Shown one piece after another: positions 47,996 through 61,477 of a stretch of 64,000 bases of DNA; positions within the stretch are counted from its first letter, which is position 1; every line of letters starts with the position of its first letter. The notes under the pieces were generated by a model that did no database searches, had not been told where the DNA came from, and saw only the letters and a program-made list of their open reading frames with translations. The stretch spans positions 5,456,001 through 5,520,000 of the forward strand of contig OZ281494.1 of assembly GCA_965637545.1 (NCBI GenBank), written 5' to 3'. The translations under genes were made by a program, and so were the position numbers. This stretch comes from Phallusia mammillata. Taxonomy: Eukaryota.

Positions 47996-50900
47996 ATGGA
48001 TCGACGATTTTGGGTTTGCTGTGTTATTTTGTGTCTCTCCATCATCAAAGGCTGCTATGCTCAAAGTTTGTTGCAACACAGTTTTGTTGTTTTCTGGATT
48101 ACGAAACTATATGAACTATATTTTAACCTTAATTTGGTTTAAATCTTTGACAATCATTTAAATAACTGAAGATAAAATAAAACTTTTATTTTTGACATGT
48201 CAGCGTGATAAAATAACTCCTAATTTAATAACATCAAAAGTTATTTTGATCCAAAGAAATTATGTAATTCATTAACATTTAATACTTAACGTATGTGCAG
48301 GGACTCGGACATGTTTATCTGGTTCCTCGACATCAGTGAATGTATCAGTTCAATTACCCCGATCCTGTGATAATAATACTTTGAAACTTATTGATGGAGG
48401 TAAGTTATTTGTATCCTGGAAATGCGTGGCGTACCTAGATCAAATTTCTTCAGCCAACGTCCTATGCAACCCATTGTTACGGGATAGGAAACAACAAAGT
48501 GAATCAACAAAGTACTGCGTATTCCTGTATTATTATTAAAAAGTCAAAAGAGGGTGTTTGTTGTTTAAACTTGACCATAAACTAATTCGTGACATTAACA
48601 CTGTTGAAAAACACTGAAAACCATTTGCAAGGTAACACAAACAAAATAAACGTATTGGTAACTGTTGTTCGGAATCGTTCACCAATTTTCGAAACTAAAT
48701 ACCCATAATATTGAAAGTCGACAATTGTATACAAAGTGTGATTTTGTAATCATGCATTTTGATAAATTTTGTTTTTCAGAAAAGACAGATACAGCTATAA
48801 AGGTTTCAGGTAAAATAATATTTGAAAATTCGGAAATAAGTTGCATTTTGAGATTTTAATCTTAAATTTATTAGTTATATGATGGTTATGTGATTTTTTC
48901 CTGAAAAAACATTGTTTCAAATAAGATTTTTACTTATATGTATAATTTATTAGCTGAAAAAGATTGATTTTGGATTGCAGTTTACATAGACCAATGCTGC
49001 TACACATATTTTGTAGCAGTTTGCCACGAAGCAAGTGTCTTTCGTTTGGGTAAGCGTGCAAAAACATATGGAAGTTTTCCATTTGGTTGTTTAGTAAAAT
49101 ATTGTGGCATAATACATTTATTCAATGTTTTATTCAACGATACAAACAAATAGCCAAAACCTAGCATCATAGTTGATAATTACAGAAATTGTGTGCGGAT
49201 GTACTTTAGTGTATCACCACAGGTGACGAATAGATTACAAACCTCATGTGTGGTGTTTTTTAGCGTATTCCGGGATAAGCGATTGCAAAATCAAAAACAT
49301 TGAAAATTGGATACAAGTGAACCATAACCTCTACCAGAGCTTTAAAGTCAATGCCATTTTAAAGAACGGAAGTAGTAAGTAACCTGGTTACTGTTTATGC
49401 AACATTTTTTTCCAATGTTATCAGTCGAACAGTTGATCAAGTTAAAACGTTTCATGGCTAAACCTTCTCACAGAAATGCTATTAAATCAATGAAAAGTCA
49501 GAGTCACGTTCTTTCATTTGAACCAAAAACACAAAACATATAGTGCGTTAGTGTCATGGTTAAACGATTTTTAATCACCGTTATTCACTAACAATTTGTT
49601 TGGTTGCAGCTTCAATAGAATTTACTGTGGTACCATGCAACGATACAGGTATGTAAACAATACGTAAAAAAGCCGATATAGTTTACGCCCATAGCACCAC
49701 ACTGTAAGTTATGGCCACTAAAAAGGTTTTCATCTGTACATGCGACAATAATTTTACTGCTAAAAAATAAATATTTTTGTTATGTAGCATTTAGATGTAA
49801 GTTATAGTCAGTCGATGAACTGGCCTTTGACCTCTGCAGTATCTTGCATTCACACTGCGGTTTGTATGGGTCATGTGACAAACGCTTTGTTTCCAGCAAC
49901 CTGCACAAAGAAAACCACAGCCATAATCCCGACTACTGCTGACAACGTTACCACCATGACAACAAATGGTAACCAAACAAATAAGAAAATCAAGGGTAAC
50001 TTAATTTCAAAAGATCTTTATTCCATAGTATTTAACCAAACACACCAACTCTAATTTCAAACATGTTTTTGCATATTGCTCTAATCATGCAGCAACCACT
50101 TTGGACAAAACCACGATCAAGACCCCGACTCACAAAGTTTCGGCCACGACAGAGAAACTAACAAGTAAAACATAATAATCATTCTGCAATACGTAAAGTT
50201 TTGACATCATTGTATTGAACTAAACTCAGTCTCACTAATCTTACACACAATCTATACATATTGTGCTAATTTCCAGCAAATATTTCGGACATAACCACCA
50301 TCAGGGACCAGACTATGACTGGCAAGGTGTCAATCACGAAAAAAATACGTATAGTACGAAAATAATATTATTTCGGTAATAAGTATTGTTTTTAAATCAC
50401 AATATATAAACAAATACGGTATATTTAATTTTACACACAATCTGTGCATATTGTTGTTAACTTCCAGCAACCAATTTGGACAGAGCGAACCCGATTACTA
50501 CTGACAAGGTTTCAACCAGGACCGAAGAACCAAGCGGTAAACAAAAAAACTAATTTCAGGAATAGCTAAGATTTTTAGGTTTCAATTGCTATCTTATTAA
50601 ACCAGAGTATATTGGAAAACAGATAGTAGAACTTTCGTGGCGGGGCACCGTTCCCATTGACATGTAAGGCTAGGTTAGCACCCAAATAGCATCAAAATAT
50701 TCTCAGTGTTTATAGGTTATAACACTTGCGCATGACTTCGTTGAAGGATGTTATAATCGAAATCGAAAGAATTTTCAGAATTGTCTTCCTCTGATTCCGA
50801 CATTTGCTAATGTAAAGCACGTCTACATTTATACAATGTGTAACTTTGTAGATAGTGAGGCCTCACTAGAAACTGAAGTCGCAAGCCTGAACCCAGCTAA

Positions 50901-52681
50901 TCCGAATGATTTAGAAGAGATTGAAAGTTTGCTAGAGAACGTTGCAAGGAACATAACCGAAGCACAAAATGTCACTGAAGACCACAGCAACGGCCATTTA
51001 CACATCGAACTTGTAAAACAGAATAAGAGTGAATACAATGCTAAACTCAAGCTTGGAACCACTCGCATCGACTTCACGCTGCAAACAAAAGGGATTAGAC
51101 AACTCGTGGTTGCTGTGTTTGTCTTCGAGATCAATACGACAAAAACTGTAGAAACTCTGGCCGAATCCGGTTTTCTCACCATAACCCGGTACATAACTAC
51201 ACTGAACACAACCTATATCGCTATTGTTGGGTGGAATGTCAACAATTTTTCGACTTCACTTCGAGATGGAGAAGAAAACAATCAACTTCCTGGAAAGGCA
51301 AGCTTTGTCGGAACTTCAACTTCACCAGAATCCGTCTACAAGGAGATCGAAGAAGAAAAGAAAAACAAACGAAACCTGAAGATCAACAAACTGGAGCCAA
51401 TCTGTCTCTTCTATGACAGAGTAGAAAAAAAGTATTCTGATCGTGGTTGCGTCACAATGACTGATGACGTAACAGGCAACGTCTTGTGCAAGTGCAATCA
51501 TCTCACACTTTTCACCGTTCTACTTGCCGTCCAATCTACCAATATACCATTTGGCATCAAGGTAAACATACAAATGTTATATTCTTACACAACCACTAAC
51601 AATTCATTTTTTTTCCAGGTCACATCTTATACAACAGAATCAGCTTCAATCATGTTTCTGGTCGCCACGATGGTAATCCTCCATAAGTCGAAACACAGTG
51701 GAGATCGTGTTCCGGTTCAAATCAACTTGTCACTGGTTCTATTGCTTTTTCATGTTGTCAACATATCACACGACATTGCAGTCTTGCATGAGGTTTCATG
51801 TGCAATTCACACAGCAGCCAATCAATACCTTTTGCTATGCTCAGGTACAAAACAACATAGTTTGTGAGGTAAACTAGATGTTATAGTTTAACAAAAAGCA
51901 ATGTTTGCTTGAAGGTAAATACGATCCCTTACGTATTCACTTGAATTGCTTTTTAGGAATGTGGTTCCTGGTCGAAGGAATTCGCCTTTTCATGGCAACA
52001 TCGTTTCCAATTAAGTTCCGAACTCAAAATTCGTCAAACCGTTTCAAAGTCTTCATGCTGATTGGTTGGATTATTCCCATTGTTATAATGGGGATATCTA
52101 CCGCCGTGGGGTTTTCCCTCGGTATATACATGAAGCCCCAACCGTTGTACGAGCAATGTAACAAATATATTCAGGTTCTCAAGTACGACAGATGTTGGTT
52201 GGCTCCCGGTACACCAGTCTTCTATGCAGCGGTCGTTGTTCCTCTCGCCCTTGTCCTCCTAACCAACTTGGTGATTGTCATGAAAACCACACACGTGATG
52301 TTGTACTCCAAAAAGTTGCGGAACAGAGGAGAAGATCCAGGGACAGGGTATGCGTTGAGAGCAGCAAAGTCTTTTATCTTGCTCTCACTTATGCTTGGTG
52401 GAACTTGGGTTTTGGCTTTCTTTACAGGTATAATATGTTTGTGTTTGTGAACTTTATTATTATCAAGTGGTCAAAAATGAACTTGTTTTTCAGGAGTGGG
52501 GAATGAGATTTCGAACGAGGTGTTCATGTACATTCACAGCTTAGTGAATGGATCGCAGGGAATTGTCGTCTTCCTGTTGTACTGCGTCATGAATGACGAC
52601 ATTAGACAGGAAATGCTGACGTGTAAGTGTAACGCTGATGTCAAGTCTCAGCAGCAGGCAAATGAGGGAAACGCCGAATGA
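47996..52681 (+). CDS. Adhesion GPCR with canonical GPS (~765 aa)
   Basis: 14 phase-compatible exons: 47996-48065, 48301-48399, 48780-48809, 48981-49049, 49264-49374, 49610-49648, 49897(or 49840)-49968, 50093-50164, 50277-50348, 50468-50536, 50852-51561, 51619-51844, 51957-52427 and 52494-52681. Signal peptide; GPS C..SDRGC..CKCNHLTLF; secretin-like 7TM (GWIIP, RCWL, LGGTW). Confidence 0.88.
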
Positions 52682-53669
52682 ATTGTAAATTCTGCATGAA
52701 ATTAGGGTGACAGTTTGAACAGTATTTTATATATCTATATGCGTATGGAAACAACATTTCTCGTGTCTTATTTTGAATCGTTTAAATTGAAAATTGGATT
52801 AGACTGCAGTTGGTAAATTGTAGAACGTTGTAAAGTAGAAGATATGGCTTTTATCAGTTCTTCTTCACATGTACTTACTTTACACTAATTGACATAAATC
52901 GTGTTTGTTCGTGTATTTCTCAACTAGTGGAGTGCAATTAAGTATATGTCGCTTTCTTCAAACAGCTGTATTTTGCGATGCTAGTTTCCAGTATATTCAC
53001 ACGTTTTCATGCTATTTGTATTGTCTTATTAGCTGAGTTTGCATTAAAAAGTGTGAAAAAGTACTAAACCACATAAAACACTTGTGATAGAACAAAAGCC
53101 AAAAAATGATGAATGTTCATGCTGAATTAAAATCTCTCCTGATGTAATGCTTTGCTTTGCCCTCTATCTCTTTAACCTTAAAAAAACGAAATAACTTGTG
53201 GTTAGTGCAAATACAGTGTGCATTTGTGTTTTGTTTTACTGTGTTTTTTGTGTGCTCTTTTATAATCCTTCATAAGATTGGCATATGTTCCATGAAACGT
53301 TTCCTCACCGGACTGTTTGTGGAATAGTACTGAAACAAATTTTTAATTAGCTTACAAAAAATCCTTTCTCATCTGGCGCGCTTGTTGTGAGGGCAATTTA
53401 AAACAATGTCCAACCAATCGGAACTTTTTTGTCGTTTTTAAACATCAACCATAATACCACGTCCACAATATTTTGAATGCCGCTTGTTAATAAATGTGTG
53501 TGGAGTGTTCTTACGAGATGGGTTGATTTAAAAGTTAGTTTACTCTGAGTGTACGGTATTATTTCAAACACAGCTTAAAAATACTACTAGATAAAAGTTA
53601 AATCTTTAGTACAGAAGAAAAGTAGGCCTAATAGGAAAATCTTTAAGTTAAGGTAGAACGTGACACAGC

Positions 53670-54046
53670 CAGAGGCGTAGGCAGCCAAAAGTTTTGGGAA
53701 AGGCCAAATAATTTGTTGTTCGATACCACTTTTTGCTAACGCTTGGCGCAAGGCGTGTTTTCACCAAGCACGTGTCTTGCCAAACTGTGGTTTGACAGGA
53801 CAGCCAAACGCTTTATTTACTGATTTATTTAATGTCTGCATCAATATGAAAAAAAGACATGGCTTTCAGCTTACAACTTGGCGACAACAGTCATTTTTAG
53901 TAAATTATATATTCCTTTGATAGTTGAGAGGCGAAATCACAATAATGAAGGACGAAACTACACTAAATTGAAGTTTCTCAATAAACCACTTTATAAAATT
54001 TGGGAGGGGCCAAGGCCCTTTTGGCCCCTCCCTGGCTACGCCACTG
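53670..54046. mobile_element. hAT-type MITE present only in the second duplication copy
   Basis: TIRs CAGAGGCGTAG / CTACGCCACTG; TSD GACACAGC / GACACATC; empty site GTGACACAGCTGCAG at ~45857 and ~27651. Confidence 0.88.
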
Positions 54047-54389
54047 GACACATCTGCAGTTTTGCAAAAACTGATTACAGATAAACTTGATACATCACAA
54101 AATTGAAGCACAAGGAAAAGCATGACAAATGATTTTAAACGCGCCTTTAAAAAAATGAAATAGACACTGGGTTGTTGTAACACTCACAGTCAGAGCATTG
54201 TATGCAGGATCAGCCAGGCCAACTTAAAACAGTTATGTAATTAATATAAAGCTTTGCATGATTTGCAGCAAACAATAACCTTGATAACTTCCTTTTTAGT
54301 ATTAGCACACTGCACTTTCATGGCAAACGTAAGTATAACGTTGATTGTTCTGTCAAGTGAAATGTTTGTCAACAGTAACGAGAAATCAA

Positions 54390-55030
54390 ATGTCAATGTG
54401 AAGTCATCAATTGTGATTACGTATAACTTTGTCGCACTTTTGTACATCGCTATGTGATGATTTACATGAAATCCCTCAAAAGAGGGTTGGTGAATACGAA
54501 GAACCATCAGATCCAGAGTATGAAGAAGAAAATTACAGTTCTCATAGCAACTGACTTCTGTTGTTGGTTGTCAATTTGCATCATGACTTTCATGAGCATT
54601 TCACGTCACATTATAACTCCAGTCTCTTCAGCGATCGTCCTTCTTCCCATCAAAAACTCACTTAATCCAATAATCTACATTAACATCCCACATACCATCT
54701 ACACGAATAGAAGGAATATAAAGTTGGCTAAATTAAGTTTCGCGTCTCGCAGTTATTTCCGGCTCCTTATTTCATACAGTTATTTGAAATACAGGAGCCT
54801 CAAAAAATTAATCCAGCTTTGCCAGGGTGCCGCAAACTTTTTATCTCATTGATAGGGTGCCGTAAGGTCAAAACGGTTGGGAACCACTGATCTTCACCAA
54901 CATCCCACAAACCATTTTATAAAAGATGGAGAAATTGAAAGGTCGTGCCAGTTTGGCCACAAGAAAGAATTTAATTGCTTCTAGTGAAGAGCAACCATGC
55001 GCTGCAGGGATTTCAAGAAGTTCGCAATCT
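54390..55030 (+). pseudogene. LGR-type TM5-TM7 fragment (duplicate of 46190-46800)
   Basis: SSIVITYNFVALLYIA, TDFCCWLSICIMTF, with the same MITE remnant. Confidence 0.85.
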
Positions 55031-56177
55031 TATTCAAACAGCCCTTCCCCTCTAAACTGGTTACGACAGAAAATATTCACAAACATGTGTAGCGATTTGA
55101 AATGTCTATTTCCAACGTTAGGTGCATCTGACTTACCTGTCATTTTCCATTTATGTACATTTGTAAATGCCGGTTGTACCGAGTCCACAAAAACATGACC
55201 AGTCGGAAGCGGTATTAAACAAGTTTGAGCTTCTGGATTGTGTGATTTTACAACTATGTCCAATTATAATAAGTGCATCAATTATAATATTTGTATGAGT
55301 AAATTGAACAGCCCAAAAGTTTTAAGTATTTAAAGGCTACAGATGTTGTGAGAATTATCAAAAATAACTCTGTGTACAAATTTAGAGATTCTATGCACTT
55401 ATAAACATACGGTGTTTACTGCTTCCATAAATACAATGATAAAAACATCACCAGTATTATTACAAAAAATACGCTGCAATCTTGAAGGTATAGTCACTTT
55501 GTGGAGTCCACAGCATGGGACCAGAAGTATAAGTAATTAAATATAAAAACCGCCGCACTAAACCTGTGGTCTCAAGACCATGCCACATATACCTTTTTTG
55601 AACACCATTTTAAGTTTAAAATGTATATTGCTTTTGAAGCAGTTGTTGACGACTTTGAATTAGGGCCGCAAATAAGTCCATAAAAAACCACATTGCCATG
55701 ACGTATCTTAGTAGTCATTGATACTCTATGGAATCAAAACGACGTAAATAATTGTCAACAGTCATGAACCTTTCCTACATCTAATCGTGCACTGCATCCT
55801 GTCATAAAGCAAGAAATACTGAGCTTGTTCCGTTCAAATTAAACTGGTTATGTGTGATAATAGATTGAGCTGTATGGAAAGATATTTAGCTGTGTCTGTT
55901 ATCTGGCAAAAAGATATTCCTTGTTGCCTGTGCGGGTGATAGTTGTTAAATGTTGTTTCTGATTGATGATATAGTCAGTTGGATTTTAGTGCTTGTTTGT
56001 AGTTTTGTGTTACATTTCAGTAAATGTTGTGATGGCGAGATAATGGTGTTTAGGCATTGATGTTGTATCAAATACGTACATGAGGTCAAAACGAACGTTT
56101 ATTTTGCATATGAACAAAACAGCTAGTATTTCTATATTGTGTGCTCTAAATCAAAATCAACTGCGATTATTACAAGG

Positions 56178-59100
56178 ATGTATCGACGATTTTGGGTTTG
56201 CTGTGTTATTCTGTGTCTCTCCATCATCAAAGGCTGTTTTGCTCAATGTTTGTTGCAACACAGTTTGTTGTTTTCTGGATTACGAAACTATATGAACTAT
56301 ACTGTAACCCTTAATTTGTTTCAAATCCGCTTTGACATTCAATACATAACTAAAGATAAAATAAAACTTTTGTTCTCGACACGCCAGCGTGATAAAATAA
56401 CTCCGAATTTTACGACTTCAATAGCTATTTAGATCCGAGGAAGTTATGGACATTTAATACTTAACGTATGTGCAGGGACTCGGACATGCTTTACTGGCAA
56501 CATGACATCACTGAATGCATCAATTCAATCACCCCGATTCTGTGCTCATAATACTTTGAAACTTATTGATGGAGGTAAGTCATTTGTATCCTGGAAATGC
56601 GTGGCGTACTTAATCAAATTTATTCGATCGACGTCCTTTGCAACCCATTGTTACGGGATAGGAAGTAACAAAGTAAATCAACAAAGTACTGCGTATTACT
56701 GTATTATTATTTAAAAAGTAAAAAGAGGGTGTAGGTTGTTTATACTTTACCATGAACTAATTCGTGACATTAACACTGTTGAAAAACACTGAAAACCATT
56801 TACAAGGTAACACAAACAAAATCTGTATTAAACATTTTGGTAACTGTTGATCGGAATCATTCACCATTCTTAGAAAATAAATAAATACAAAATATTAAGT
56901 TAATTTCGTTTTACTACTTGCATCCCAATATTTTTAAAAGTCGACAATTTGGATTTAGTAAATGTGCATTATAATGAAATTTGTTTTTAGGTCAGACATC
57001 TACAGCTATAACGGTTGCAGGTAAAATAATATTTAAAAATTCGGAACAAAGTGGCATTCGGAGTTTTTAATATTGAATCTATTAATTACTATTTGTTGGT
57101 TATGTGAATTTTTCCTGAATAACCGCTGTTTTACATAAGAGTGTATCTTGAATTGTATTAATTATCTATGTATAATTATTTAATTTAATAAGATTGATTT
57201 TGGATTGCAGTTATCAACGAGGAATGCTGCTACTCATATACTAAAGGAGCTTGCCGCGATGCAACCGTCTATCGTTTGTGTAAGTGTACAAAAAACGATG
57301 TGGTATTTGTTATTTGATTGTTATCAAAAAACTATTGTGGCAAAAGACATACCTTTTATTCAACGATACAAAAAAAACCCTTGATTTCTATCTAACATTA
57401 CAGTTGATTATTATTAGGAAATTACTTGCTGATATATGTTAATGTACCAACACAGGTGACGAATAGTTTTAAAACCTAATGTGTGGTGTTTTTTAGCTTT
57501 TGCCGGGGGCAGCGGTTGCAAAATCAAAAACATTAAAAATTGGAACCAAGTGAACCATAACCTCTACCAACGGTTTAAAGTCGATGCCATAGTTGATAAC
57601 GGAGATAGTAAGTACCCTTGCTCATGTTTATGCAAACGAAAAAATCTGACGAATGTTAAGCAAGTCAAAACTTTTCCCGTTAAAAAATCAATTTAAAGTC
57701 AGAGTTACCTTCACCTAAGTTTTAAAAAAATCAGAAAGTAAATGTGACAAATAGTGCAATATGAGAAAATGCGATAGTTTCATGGTAAAAAATTGATAAT
57801 TAACATTTTTAACTAACATGGTTTTGTTTGCAGCTGCTTTAGAGTTTACTGTGTTACCGTGCAACGATGCAGGTATGTAATAAATAAGTAAAACTGTGAT
57901 CATTTAATACTCATGCAACAGGTACTTTAGGTAAGGCCCACAAAAACTTTCTCACTTGCATGTGTAAAAACAATTTGAGTCGTTTCATACAATATTGTGT
58001 AAAACAGTGACTCTAAATCAGGGGCCGCAACCGGCCCGCAAGCAACTTTTGAGCGGTCCGCGACGGAATGCGTGTGTTAAAGCCTATTTTTATACCAAGG
58101 GTTGTTACATTAAACGTTGATGGTTATTAGTTTATTACTAAGAAGAGGCATTGTTACGTACAAAAAAAATCATTGTGTGTTTGAGTTTGCCTAGCACCGC
58201 TATGTTATTGCATAATCATCGTGGCGACCCGCCGCCGCATTATATGACTACTTTTTGGTCCGCACATGCAAAAAGGTTGCCTACCTATGCTCTACATCGA
58301 TAATTCGCGACCCCCTAAACTCCCCCAAAATATAGTCTATTTTTTTACATTATAGGGAGCTATGTAAATCCAATAAAATAGTCAACTGGACATGAACATT
58401 CTTTGAAACCTTGAAATGCTTAATACACCTGAATTGTGTGAAATTTCTAATTATTTTCAGTAACTTGTTCTGATGAGACTAGTACCGCGGCCATAACTTC
58501 CACCACAGAATCAACGTCTGTACCTTCCCAAATCCATTATCTTAACCACAGCCTCAACGCAACTGTCCCACCTGGGTATAACTGTACCCCAATAATTTTT
58601 TCAACCACCCTATCCCTCAATCCAAGCACCCCCACAATGAACCTATCTTCAAAAACCGTGTCCCCAATAACCCCTACTGTGTCCTCAACAACCCCTACTA
58701 AAATCCAAACTACCCAAGCCGTTAGTCTGGCAGAGTCATCTACTCAATCCGTCTTTCCAATTAACACCACCGCATCTGAAGTTAGTACAAACGAGAAAAA
58801 ACAGACCGCGCAGCAGGAAGGTAACTGTTTTTGTTACTTTGCTAAGTGCTGGCTGCTCTACAGTTTTTAAACCAGAAGTGCTAAGTATGTAAATTGTGTT
58901 TCAGAACTTCAAGACACGATAAACGAGGTTCTTGGTGAATTTGTCTTGCCCAATGTGACACAATCAAAAGCAGAAGCGCTAGCAAACTTGCAACAGTTTG
59001 ACGAGTTTATAGTGAACTTGACTATCAACAATGCTGGCAACACAACAACCAAGTTATCGGTCCCTGGCATCGCTGAAATGGAATTCGGACAAATCCCTGA

Positions 59101-61477
59101 AGTCAATCACATTTTTACCACCAAACTTGATGGATCAACTCAGCTACTAGAATTCAGTAGCATTGAGGGTCGTCGGAAGAGATCACCTTCTCTTATTGTG
59201 TTTGTTTTCAAGCAGTTCATATTTGAGCTTAGCAAGCTGCGACCGTTCTACGTTTTTCGCGACACAACCAGCTCCTTCTGGCAGATTGCAAACCACACAT
59301 CGATTCATCCAAGCACCGCCGCACCTTACCTAGGAATTCAAGCATACAAGTTGCTTGATGGATCCCCAATCCACGTCAATGTAAAATTCAGTGTAAACGT
59401 GACAGGTAAGTCTAACAGTTTTCATTATACACCAAAGTAGATGTCGTTAATTAGCTTCGCAGCATAGTAATCTGCTGTTGTCGTTAACGGCATGCGGGAT
59501 CATGTTACAAAATATCAGGACGCCTAGAGCGGAAATATTTGTCACTGCCAGTCAGTGTTAGCTGCCAGCTATTTAAGAGACCTTTCTGATTAAAATACCG
59601 ACTTGACGTTTATTCACATACACAATTCAACATTCAAACATGACAATCCAGCCTTACTGTTCTATAACATCGCTAATGAGCAAATTAAAATAAATTGTTA
59701 CAACATTGCTGCATATAGCCGATTTTTGTAACACCCAACAATCATAAGAAATGCATGCCCATGTCGAGTCATAGAGTTTGTTTGGCAAAACAAATGCAAA
59801 ACATCTGAAATGGTAGCATGTTGTGTCAATAATATGTAACTTGGTTTGCAGTTGACTCGACGTTGGAGAAAGAAGCACCACGAAAGTTGTTCGACGTTTA
59901 CAGATCGTGGTACAAGATATCGTCGTTTCAGTTCATCTGCTTACGTCTGGATTATAATGCCAGTCGTTTCACACGCGATGGTTGCATGGGAAAGTCAGTT
60001 TACGGGATGGTGACGTGTTCGTGTGATCAACCTGGTTTCTTCACTGTGGCTCCACAAATCGTCGCACAAGTCAGACCCGATGGATTCAGTGTAAGTCGAA
60101 GCGTTCAAATGTACTTAAATTATTTTGTGTTTTTTATCCCTAGTTTTTGGGTCAATCTGCCTCAAAAAAACAACCCAGAAAATGTGTTTGTAATTAAAAG
60201 CAACAACAACATGCATTATTTTAGGTAATTTTCTTCGGTGGATTAGTAGTAGGTCTTGTCGTTCTCTTTCTCACGTGGATGGCACTTCTCAAGTTCAGTG
60301 TACAGGTGGAGTGTGACCGAATTGCAGTGCAAATAATCCTTGTTTGTACCCTCTTTCTTTTCCACATTGTTCTCTTGTTCGAAGGACTGGCAATAAATGG
60401 GAAAACACAGTGTGAAGTGGTCACATTTTTCCGTCATTACTTTATGATGACAACCGGTAAGTTTGAAAATATTAACTATTTTTGCTCGTCTAAACATAAC
60501 TTGCATACCCGGTATAGTCGAACATGCACAATTTTATCAAATTACTTAGCAATTGGGACCGTAATATTTTTTGTGTCAGGACTTCTGGCTCTTGCCGATG
60601 GGGCGACGATCCTTACCAACTTGAGTCCTCGATCTCTTCGATTCAAACGTCAAAACCCTGGTCGCCTGCTTCAAATTCAGCTAGCTATATGTTTGGGTAT
60701 TCCCCTGATCATAGCTGGCGTCACAATTGCCGTCGCGCTTCCACAGGTTGATTACATCTCGATGAGCGAGTACGGGTACGAGCGTTGCTGGATCAAACCC
60801 AATTCCATCGCCCTCGTTGCCGGGGTAATCGTGCCCATAGCAACCATCTTTATTGCTTGTTTTTTGCTGGCAATTCTGATCGGTGCCTTTGCTTCCCGAG
60901 CAAAGCCAAATTCCACGGACGCAGCTCACCAGGCAACCACCTATGACGCCATGACGGTTCGTGACGTAGATATTGATCACGTGTTCCGAATGTTGGTGGA
61001 ATACGTGATGACGTGCTTTGCTTTGCTGGTGCCATGGATCAAGTACTTTATACCAGGTTGGTGCCTCACAAACGTTGCTTTAACTTGGTTTGTCTGTTGT
61101 AATGCAGCATTTATTGCGTAAAACATCGTGTTTTATTTCCCAATGTTTCTTTATGACTGTCGTTTACGTTTAGGGCATAATAAATTGTTCTTTTTCAATT
61201 CACTTGGGTGCTCCGAAATTGTTGTTTTTACACATTTTTTTTCTTTTTAGGAATTCACAACATTGACGTCTCCCTGGCTAATATGTACGTCACTGTGACG
61301 TTGATCGGCTTACAAGGGATCTTTGTCTTCATTATCTACGTCATCGTGAGTCCAGATGTGAGACGCGCGTTCTGCGGAAGTGACACAAATTATCCTGAGC
61401 GGTACAAGCTCTACTGGTACGGACCAGAGAGAGATCCAGATCCACTTCCCCTTGAAACTTTTGAGGAAAACATTTAA
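56178..61477 (+). CDS. Adhesion GPCR with non-canonical GPS (~817 aa)
   Basis: 12 phase-compatible exons: 56178-56247, 56476-56574, 56991-57020, 57211-57279, 57497-57607, 57834-57872, 58461-58820, 58905-59405, 59852-60090, 60225-60456, 60580-61056 and 61251-61477. Ser/Thr stalk; GPS-like C..TRDGC..CSCDQPGFF; 7TM with HYF, ERCWI and LQGIFVF. Confidence 0.88.
58019..58289. mobile_element. hAT MITE in intron 6 of the second adhesion GPCR
   Basis: Starts CAGGGG..GGCCCGC, ends AAAAGGTTGCCTACCTATG; TSD CTCTAAAT / CTCTACAT. Confidence 0.75.

Larger units (their letters stand above)
43893..57900 (+). repeat. Tandem segmental duplication, ~43.9-49.7 kb versus ~51.55-57.9 kb
   Basis: Collinear in both copies: aGPCR 7TM exons, intergenic DNA, LGR 3' fragment with MITE piece, then the first six aGPCR exons. 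Boundaries are approximate. Confidence 0.9.
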
